Assembly: GCA_964019425.1 (NCBI GenBank)
Contig: OZ025781.1
Coordinates: 1,364,001 to 1,428,000, forward strand
Direction of reading: 5' to 3'
Source of the DNA: Flectonema sp. DT1601
Lineage: Eukaryota
DNA: 64,000 nt
Both the position numbers and the translations under genes were made by a program. The notes under the pieces are model-generated. The model did no database searches, was not told the origin of the DNA, and saw nothing but the letters and a program-made list of their open reading frames with translations. Of the stretch, positions 23,952 to 33,400 are shown one piece after another. Each line of letters starts with the position of its first letter. Positions within the stretch are counted from its first letter, which is position 1.

Positions 23952-25735
23952 ATGGGAAATGGAATATCTGCGACCGACATGGAGCAGGAGTACGTTAACT
24001 ATGTTGATACTGAGGGGTTTGTTTTTGTTTTTAATGTCTCAAATTCAACATTGCGAAAAAAAAAAAAAAAAAAAAAAAAAAAACAGCAACATCGCTATCG
24101 ATCAAGTAGAGGTAATCTTGAAAATGGTAGAACTGGAATCGAAGCCACTGTTAGATTGGGTATGTAAAAAAAAAAAAACCATATCAACAGAAACTATACA
24201 TTTGTTAATAAAAAAAACAACAACCAACAGTGTCACTCCAATGTAGCCGAAGGAACTGAAGGCTCAGCAGTTGACGCAATAGCACTTGTCAACACCCCTG
24301 AGGTATGTTATTAAATCTTTAAAAGCCTCCTCTCGGTGGTTGTATTTGGGAGTGAATTAATTTATTAAATACAAAACCACAGTTCTCAGAATACTGTGTT
24401 GCCGGAAATGAAGTCGCAGAGGATATTGTCGAAGAGATTACCGACGCCTTGCAGTCCGCAGGTGAAGAAGGAGAGGAATACGAGGAGGATGAGGAAGCAC
24501 CAGCTGACGAACCCGTAGGAGAGCCTCCTGTAGAAGAAGAACAGCCTGAAGAAACTGCCCCAGTTGCCGAAGAGGAAGTCGAGGAACCTGCCGCAGAGGA
24601 ACCAGAGCCAGTCGAAGAGTCACCAGTGGAGGAGGAACAACCTGCTGAAGAAGAGCCTGTTGCCGAGGCAGAGGAGGAAGCCGCGGTTGAAGAGGCACCA
24701 GAGGAGGAAGCACCTGAGGAAGTAGTTGCCCCTGTTGAAGAAGCTCCTGAAGAAAGGGAAGAAGAGGTTCCAGTCGAAGAGGAGGCTCCAGTTGAAGAGG
24801 CAGCCCCAGTCGAGGAGGAGGCCCCAGTTGAGGAAGAAGCTCCGGTTGAGGAGGAGGCCCCAGTCGAAGAGGCTGTTGAGGAAGTCGTCGAAGAGGTTGC
24901 TGAAGAGGAAGTTGTCGAAGAAGTTGTTGAGGAAGAAGTAGCTGAAGAGGCCCCAGTCGAGGAGGAAGCTGTTGAAGAGGCTGCCGAAGAGGAAGTCGTC
25001 GAGGAAGCTGCTCCAGAAGAGGCTGTTGAAGAAGAGCAGCCTGTAGAAGTAGCACCTGAAGAGGAAACAGCAGAAGAGGAAGAAGCTGCCGCCGAAGTCG
25101 CAGAAGAAGCGGCAGATGAAGAAGACGAAGAGGCGGAAGAAGAGTGTGATTCTCCTGTTGAGCTACCTGTATGTAAGAGAGAACAGTGGGCTCTCAGAAA
25201 CGTTGAAGAAGACAGAAAGAAGTTTGGATTCGCGTTCCCAACTGAAGAAACCGACAAGTCAACTTCAAGATACACCGACGAGGAATTAAAAGAAGCCTTT
25301 AGTTTATTCGATATTGATGGTCAGGGTTCTATTGAGAAGTATGAATTCAGACTTGTAATGGAAGGATATGGAATGACCTTTACTGATGAGTCTTACCAAC
25401 AGGTATTTCAAGAGATTGATACTGACAATAACGGAACAGTTTGCTTTGATGAGTTTAAGTCATTAATGAAGGCAAACGTTAACGCTCCAAACAGCAAGGC
25501 TGAAGTCAGCGCCGCCTTTCAGTTGTTTGACAAGGCTGGAACTGGAGAACTTACCCCACACGATGTTCTTGAGCGTATGAAGGCTATTGACCCAAGAGTA
25601 AGTGAAGAGGAAGTTGCTGAAGTATTCAGATACTGCGGCTCTAACGGAGTTATCACCCAAGCGGAATTTGAAAACGTCTCCACCGAGGTAACCAGCTTCA
25701 ACACTGTCACTAAGCACAGATTTGGTGTTCTTTAA
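23952..25735 (+). CDS. Acidic Glu/Pro/Val/Ala-repeat protein with C-terminal calmodulin/centrin-like EF-hands; exons 23952..24016, 24087..24159, 24231..24302, 24383..25735 (~520 aa)
   Basis: Three GT-AG introns splice in frame. N-terminal MGNGIS (myristoylation-like), EEEAPV repeats, EF loops DIDGQGSIEKYE, DTDNNGTVCFDE and DKAGTGELTPHD. Confidence 0.85.
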
Positions 25736-26413
25736 GTCTTTGACTTCTCTTTTTTGTATTGACGTAGTGTACAGTTACTTAGTGTTTCCAATCCGTACCT
25801 CCCCAGATCCACAAAGCTACTTAGCTCTTTGTTTATGCTTATTATGTATGCGAGTTCCTGTATTCAGAAGAGAAACTTCGACAGAATAAAGAAAAAAGAC
25901 AGAAAGAAAGAATGATGATAACACTTATCACGGACCGTTTGTTTTTTTCATTTTCTTTTTCTTCCCTGTTCCCCGTTCTTTTTTTCTTGCAAGTACATCC
26001 TTGTATTTTACGGGAGTTGTTTTTGTGCATCTGCCGCACCCGTTTTAGTGGTCTGTGAGAAAGTTGTCATAATCACCTTTTGTCTCTACTCTGTGTAGGA
26101 GATAAGCAGCTGTTGATAGTTTCAAGCTATTTTTTTGGTGTCTGGTTTACTAACAGAGACTGTTTACAAAGAAAGCGAAGGAACCTGACTGCAGCTGCAG
26201 CCCGCACCGTTTGTTCGAATCCCAGCTTTTCCCAGCAACGCCCCCTTCGCGATTGATTCTTGTCCAGTTTTGTATTGCTTGTTTTATTGTTCTGATCGTT
26301 TAGTATAATTCATTACAGCAACGCTAATAGACATTTAGTATCACAGTATCGATTTGAAGGATGGTTACTTTACATAGTGAATCTTTTTATTACATAAACA
26401 GCGACCACTAACA

Positions 26414-26773
26414 ATGCCAAAAGCATCCCCAAAAGCATCTCCAAAGAAAGCGCTCCCAAAGAGAGGGAGAGGTAGGGTGACTGGAAAGTCGAGAGCTGTG
26501 AAGGGAAGAAATACAAAGCCTGGAAAGACGACTAATTGGAAAACAGCAATCACTAAGGGAAGCATTCGACGAATTGCGAGAAGAGGTGGATGCAGAAGAA
26601 TAGCAGCAAACGTGTACGATGAAGCGAGGGTAATGATTAACAAATTCGTTGAAAACGTGATGGATGACGCAGTTGCGATCCTCGAAATGACCTCCCGCCG
26701 CACCGTTCGCGTAGGTGACGTTCTTTACGCTTTGAGAAAGCAAGACCACACTCTGTACTCTGTTGGTAATTAA
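26414..26773 (+). CDS. Divergent histone H4 variant with extended SPK-repeat N-terminal tail
   Basis: ITKGSIRRIARRGGCRRI...FVENVMDDAV...RRTV..GDVLYALRKQDHTLY aligns with the H4 histone fold; tail begins MPKASPKASPKK. Confidence 0.88.
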   Translation: MPKASPKASPKKALPKRGRGRVTGKSRAVKGRNTKPGKTTNWKTAITKGSIRRIARRGGCRRIAANVYDEARVMINKFVENVMDDAVAILEMTSRRTVRVGDVLYALRKQDHTLYSVGN

Positions 26774-27681
26774 ACATCTCATCTGTTTCCTGTTCAGTCC
26801 GTGTCGTCACACTGGTGCATCAATAGATTCTATATTGATGTATCTTATAGGTACTTAATTTTTGGTATAAATAAAAATAGGAATGAAATAAAAAAAATAC
26901 AACACAAGAATTAACAAAAAACATCGCTGTTTGGCGATGCACAAAAAAGAACGAAAAAAAAGAATAAAAAAGAAAAAAAAAGAAACAGAAAACAAGTTGT
27001 CCGTCTACGAAGCACTTAGAAAGCGGGGGAGCAATTGCCATTGGGAATCACTTGTGACGCATTGTGGCATGTCCTCGCCCCCCCTTTTTTTTTTTTTTTT
27101 TTTTTGTTGTTAAATAATATACCTCGAGACGTGACACCTTCTGATTGTATTAGTGAGTAAGAGGGAGAAAACAAAAAAAAAAAACAAAAAAAAAAAGGAA
27201 AAACTAAATAAGAAATCCCTTAGTCGATTCAATTTCTCTAGTTTCCTTGCAATTAAACGAGAGAGCCCAATGTAAACATTCAAAAGGCTGCATTATATTC
27301 TTTTTTTTTTTACGTTGCAAACGACAGTTGTGTACAAAAGGAAATGATACGTGGCGACACTGAACTGAACAGAAAAAAAAGAACGAAGAAAAAGGAAACA
27401 AAAAAAAAGAAAACAAGAATATGATGAGGCGAAGAAAACAAAAAAACAAAAAAAAAAAAGATTTCAATACAATTAGCACGGACAAATACTTCTTTTTTTT
27501 TTTTTTTCTTTCTAACCCACGCGTCTCTTATTAGTTTTGTTTGGCACTTTAAAAAAAAAAACAAAAATTGTACTGACCCCCACAGTCCTTCACGATTATT
27601 TATATCATTTTCTCCCCAACCAGATGTGACCCAGATACCCCCCCCACTATAGCTTTTGGGTACTGCAGGTTATATTATTAA

Positions 27682-29253
27682 ATGCTTTCAGATATTGATT
27701 ACCTGCGAGATAAGGGTGTTCCAAATCTTATATGCGATGCGACTACAGCATTGGCACAAGAAAGACCCGAATCACCTCTCCAGTGGTTGACGTCGTGGTT
27801 TAGAAGTGAATTTATTGAACTACCAAATGCTGCTGCGTACCTTCGAGATTTAGGAGTTGGAAGTATAATGGATGGTGCGGTAATTGGTATAACAACAGAA
27901 CGACCTGATAATGTTAAAGACTACCTTGCTAAATACATAGAACGTCATGTTGGAAAGACTAAAGTACCACCCAGCGCAGTAGCTAATGTCAATCAGCATG
28001 AGTCAACGTTAGGAAAGTCGCAATTTAGAGTTTCGTTCGCAGCTTTTCAAGATGATGAGAGCCCATCAAATCCTTCGTCATCACCAGATGAAGAATATCA
28101 TGATGGCGATAAAACTTTTAAAGTAACATCAAAGGTTGACAGGATAGAAAATGCTTTAGAAGAGCTACGTTGCAATCTCATGGAATCACTCTGGTCAGAT
28201 CCTTGGATAGCTATAGGAGAGTACTCTAAGAAACAAGAAGGAGTATCAGCTCCACCAGAAGACGAATTGGAAGAGACTTCAACCTCAATTGGTAGTGATA
28301 GTGAATACCCTTCTAACTATGCTCATGGCATAGCTCAGACGCTTTCTGTACTTCACGAAGCGATAGTCGGATATGGTAAAGGAAAAGTATCAGTTGGCCT
28401 TCATGTAACTGATAATTGTGATAAGGGTGACTTTAGCGACGTCGTTTCCCAATTTAGTGAACTCCAATCCCAAATTCAAAACGACGGAGTTGAAATTCAA
28501 CTTCGCAACTTCCCAGTTCGCAGGCGATACGACGATTTTCGATCCATAACAACTGAAGTACATGTTTTAATGTGGGCATCGATTTGTGTTAAGAAGGCTG
28601 CTAATCCTTTTAGTCAAGAACAGAACTTTGAGATATTCGTAAACCTTGTCGGGGGTCTTTCTTACATAAACGAAAACAACACAAAAACTAAGTTCGACTA
28701 CTTCGAAATAATACCCTCGTTTGGACAGCTGGTAAACGTTCAGCAGCCAAACAAACACAAGGACCTCTGTAATCCTGATGCTGTTGTGCGTGTTAGACAG
28801 CTGGTTGAAGGAATTCATCATTTTAAGTTAGCTCTCGTTAGAGTAGCAGAGCATATTATCCAATCAGTTATTCAGGGTGAGTTTCTTACTGACATTGCTC
28901 GTCGTATGTCTGCTGTTGGAGTTCCAACAGAAGCTCCACTGTTCAGAACTATGGTTGCCCGTCGGATGTCAACACCAAGTCTCGTTCGCTCTCTCCGCCT
29001 AGCATCTCTGGATAGTATGTTTTTATTTAATTTTGAAGATAACGTTAGCAGTGGAAAGAAAAAACAAAACACACAACACACACAAACAGTGACATACTCA
29101 CACATGTCTAATACAAAGCGACGACAAACTGTTCCGGTTCGTCCTCAGGAGTTCGAGAAATTCAGCAAAGCAGACAACAACAATAACACAATAACGACGT
29201 TCTCTAGTACTTTAAGTGAAGGGGTTGTGCCTGGTGGTGATGCAACTACTTAG
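27682..29253 (+). CDS. Protein with two N-terminal RIIa/Dpy-30-like dimerization/docking motifs; probable in-frame intron 29015..29089
   Basis: YLRDKGVPNL...LAQERPESPLQWL and YLRDLGVGSI...TERPDNVKDYL. A 75-nt GTATGT...CAAACAG segment has intron-like composition. Confidence 0.75.
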   Translation: MLSDIDYLRDKGVPNLICDATTALAQERPESPLQWLTSWFRSEFIELPNAAAYLRDLGVGSIMDGAVIGITTERPDNVKDYLAKYIERHVGKTKVPPSAVANVNQHESTLGKSQFRVSFAAFQDDESPSNPSSSPDEEYHDGDKTFKVTSKVDRIENALEELRCNLMESLWSDPWIAIGEYSKKQEGVSAPPEDELEETSTSIGSDSEYPSNYAHGIAQTLSVLHEAIVGYGKGKVSVGLHVTDNCDKGDFSDVVSQFSELQSQIQNDGVEIQLRNFPVRRRYDDFRSITTEVHVLMWASICVKKAANPFSQEQNFEIFVNLVGGLSYINENNTKTKFDYFEIIPSFGQLVNVQQPNKHKDLCNPDAVVRVRQLVEGIHHFKLALVRVAEHIIQSVIQGEFLTDIARRMSAVGVPTEAPLFRTMVARRMSTPSLVRSLRLASLDSMFLFNFEDNVSSGKKKQNTQHTQTVTYSHMSNTKRRQTVPVRPQEFEKFSKADNNNNTITTFSSTLSEGVVPGGDATT

Positions 29254-29897
29254 AATCATGAGATGACTTCCTCTTGATCCCTTGCGCTGTTTATGAGAAT
29301 TAAATCTCTTGATTTTTTTTTGCTTTTCTTTACAGAAAAAAAAAAAAAAAAAAAAAAAAAAAACTTTTAGTTGTGTTGAAGATGGATCTTTGATTAGTGA
29401 TTGTGAACTGTACATGTGAATCTTATTGTTAGCAATGGGTATTGTAAAGGCTTAATGTTTGTTTGTTTTTTTTTTTATGTCGGATTCACCTTAGTCATTA
29501 AGCACTCTAGACTTATTGTATTCTGACTCAGCGTCAAGTACTTCGTTATGTGCAAATGTGTTCTGTTACCGATTAAGGTATTTTTGTTCTTTCCAGATGA
29601 TGAAAAAATGTCTGGAATTTCTTTTTCTTTTTTGTTTGTATATTTACTGTTATACGTCAATGCTTATTATTATTGACGTGCCTAAGTTCTACGCCAGCCT
29701 TTTTTGTTTTTTTTGGGCAACAAAAATTAATGGGGATGTTGTTTCTTTTTACTAATTATGTACAACTGGTAGCCCTAAATCACGACCAACTCACACTTTT
29801 TCGATATGGGGGTTCGGTTACCCACAGTCACATTATTATCGGATACAAAGTAAATTTAAGTAGTTTATTTTTCTGTTATGTTTGTTTGTTAGTTTTT

Positions 29898-29929
<32 letters not shown>

Positions 29930-30278
29930 GTGTATTTTTTTTGTGTATTTTTTTTGTGTATTTTTTTTGTTTGTCAAAATTCCTGGAAAAAAAAGAAAAA
30001 AAAATGTAACAAGAACAAGGATGTGGCATTATCTCTGTATTTTTTTTTCCCCCCCCTCTCCTGTTTTTTTTTTTAAAATGATCATTACTTTTCTTTACAG
30101 TGAGTCTTAACACGAATACTGATGGTCACAACGTCCCTTCACGCCTGAGGGAGTCTTTATGGTTGTGTGTTATCGAATGATTGATACCCTGTAAGCTTAC
30201 CATGATGTACAAGTGTTAGGATTTCTAAAATAAATACGGTCTTACCTACATTGTTCTGTCGGCCAGAGGCATTTAGCC

Positions 30279-30377
30279 TAGGAGACCTATTGCGGTTAAC
30301 GGTACGGCCTGATGCAAGAGAAGAGATCTCCCCTGTCTTCTAGTTGCGTAGGAGACCTATTGCGGTTAACGGTACGG
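30279..30377. repeat. Two identical 29-bp direct repeats flanking a 41-bp hairpin-forming spacer
   Basis: TAGGAGACCTATTGCGGTTAACGGTACGG at 30279-30307 and 30349-30377. Confidence 0.9.
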
Positions 30378-30491
30378 GACTTACAATGTGAAGTTCTACA
30401 TTTCAGACATCATATTCCAGTTGAAATCTTTTTCTACGTTCTTTTCTGATTATTTAATATTCACTCACCTCACAGTACGACACTTTTATTA

Positions 30492-33400
30492 ATGGCGAGT
30501 AACGAAGTATTAAGTGTTGTGGTTGTCCTAGTATTAATTCATTGTGGTGGATGTGTAACGAGTACGGTAACGATTTCAGAAACGGTGACGTTATCGATAC
30601 CAACAGTTACTAAAAGTTTGTCATGGTCGAATTCATTATCTTCATCAGATTCACTAACGTTTTCAGATACGAAAACTGTTTCTGGAACGAGGAGTATTTC
30701 ATCTTCAGACTCGTTGACTTTTTCAAACACTAAAACGATCTCAAATTCGAAGAGTATCAGTGAATCAGAGTCTGACACCTACAGCCTGACAAAGACAATA
30801 TCAATTTCAAAAAGTGATACATTTTCCTTGTCGGAAACTCTGTCTAATTCCCTGACGTTCTCAGTTTCGAAAAGTGATTCAATTTCCCTGTCGGAGACTG
30901 TCTCTAATTCGCTGACGTTCTCAGTCTCAAATTCTGATACCTATTCACTCAGTGATACCTTTAGTATTAGTAAAACGTTTTCAGACACGCAGGCCCTCAG
31001 CCCGTCGTTGTCACTTTCGTTCTCTCAAACGAAAACTCCGTCGCTTACAAAATCATATTCGCCGAGTTTTTCTGCGACGTTAAGTACGCTAACTCGTTCA
31101 CTTACTCGAAGCTTGTCGTTTTCAGAGTCTGAAAGCTTCTCTTCGAGTCGAACGATTTCTCCGTCACTAAGTTGGACGGGTTCTTGGTCAGATTCGTTGA
31201 GTTTCTCAAAGACGAGGAGTGCTACTAGAAGTTTGACTCTTTCAGAAACTCGAAGTAAATCAAACACTAGAACTCTATCTTTAACACATTCAATGTCTGA
31301 TACAGGTACAACAGTTACAGCGACAAGTACATATTCTCCTACTAAAAGCAGAACATTCTCATCAACGTTTTCAAAAACCTTAAGTGAGTCGTTCTCTGAA
31401 TCTGACTCACTTACCGATTCTGTGTCTGGTACAATAAGTGACACGATCTCTAAAAATACTTTTTCACCCTCACTGACGGACAGTGACAGCTTAAGTGAAA
31501 CAGGTAGTGTTGGAACACCTTCATTCAGCTTTTCAATCTCTGAATCGATTTCAGAAACGTTGACAGATTCTGTGAGTTTGACTCTGAGTAAGAATACTAA
31601 AACTATTTCATTATCAAAAGCGACGATTTCATCGTCGGAAAGCTACACTGATTCTTATTCGTTGACGTTTTCAGATTCTATCAGTGTTTCTAAACTAACA
31701 AAAACACTATCAGACACGTTGAGTAAAACTCTATCAATAAGTAAGAGTGAATCGGGTGAAACAATTTCATTCACGGAATCAAAATCTGGTTCGGAAAGTT
31801 ATTCAGGCGAGACTAGTACTGATTCGTATTCAGATGTGGGTAGTGTGAGTGTGTCTTTGTCGGAGTCGGTTTCAAAAATGACGAAATCGAAATCGTTATC
31901 TAAATCACATAGCATCAGTTTATCGAATTCTATTAGTTTATCAGACTCGTTGAGTTACAGTGATACTTATTCAAGAACGCCATCGATTTCACATTCACTG
32001 TCGTTGTCGGATTCTGAGACGGTCACGGCCAGTAGTGAAATCACTGTCACATCTGTTAGTGCTTCATTATCAGTTTCGGAGACTTTTACCAAATCTCTTT
32101 CAAACACTCTATCAATTACAGACAGCTCTACTCAGTCAGATACTTTAAGTGATACTTTTTCTGATAGCGAGAGTCTCACGCAAAGTAAGACTACGTCTTA
32201 TTCTCTTTCACGATCTGAATCAGAAACGGATTCTTTAACATATACGAACACTGTTTCTGACTCGAAGAGTATGACTACTTCGTTAAGTAATTCACTTACT
32301 TTATCAAAAACACTTTCTTTGAGTAAAAGTACTACTTACAGTGAAAGTGATAGTGAGACCAAGACATTCACATCTCCGTCATTATCGATGTCTCCAACAG
32401 AGATGCCAACACCGACTGCGAGTCTCTCTGTGTATTCACAAAGTGAAACGTTTTCAGATTACACGGACACGATGTCGTTGTCGTTGTCGTCAGTGACACA
32501 TTCGTTTTCTGAAAGTGAAACTCTTAGTAACACTTTTACGAAGTCTTTATCAAAAAGTTTATCGTTTTCAGATAGCGATTCAATCACAGGAAGTAAGACA
32601 TTGTCAATTACGATATCAAAGACACCATCACAAACTGGTATTCCGTCTTCATCTATCACATTATCAGAAACTATTTCTAAGTCGATATCTGATAGTCTCA
32701 GTCTCTCCGATTCGTACAGTCTTACAGATTCGTTTTCGAAGACAATTAGCACCAGTATGAGTGTATCAGACAGTGAGACTCTCACTGATACTGTCAGTAT
32801 TTCGGATAGTTTGTCTGAATCGGGAGAGACTGTTACGATTTCACTGACGGATTCATTTTCGAAAACGAAATCATTTTCAAATAGTTTATCGTTTTCAGAA
32901 ACTGACAGCGTGACGTTTAGTTTGTCAGATTCTCTCTCATTTACGGAAAGTGAATCGTTGAGTGACACAATCAGTTTGAGTAAAACATTTTCTGAAACGA
33001 TATCTGGAAAGACGATCACTCACTCTCCGTCACACACAAAAACCATATCAGACTCAGAGACAGTAACCATTACTATTAGTGATACTTTATCATTTACTTA
33101 CAGTAAAACTCTTTCTGAGACTCTCAGTCGTACCTTCAGTAAAACATTGTCTGAAACCCATTCAGTTACAGGAACAATATCAAAAAGTTTACCCGAGACT
33201 ATTACAGTCAGTATTACAGGAAGTATTACTGATAGCATTTCCATCACAGAAACAATGTCTATTACGGAGTCGGTGTCTTTATCAATTTCGGATACAGCAT
33301 CACTGACTGATAGTCACACGAGGACAAAAACTATTTCTCTATCTCTCCCGACAAGAACAGCTACCTGGACTGAGACGCTAACGGACTCGATGACCATAAC

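Noticed and set aside
24319..25275. 318-aa Ser-rich minus-strand ORF
   Set aside because: Antisense shadow of the Glu-rich repeat in the EF-hand gene.
26818..26840. Hairpin CATCAATA-GATTCTA-TATTGATG downstream of the H4-like gene as a histone stem-loop
   Set aside because: Does not match the 6-bp stem/4-nt loop SLBP consensus.
30279..30377. CRISPR-like repeat-spacer-repeat dimensions
   Set aside because: Only two repeats, no cas genes, eukaryotic context.
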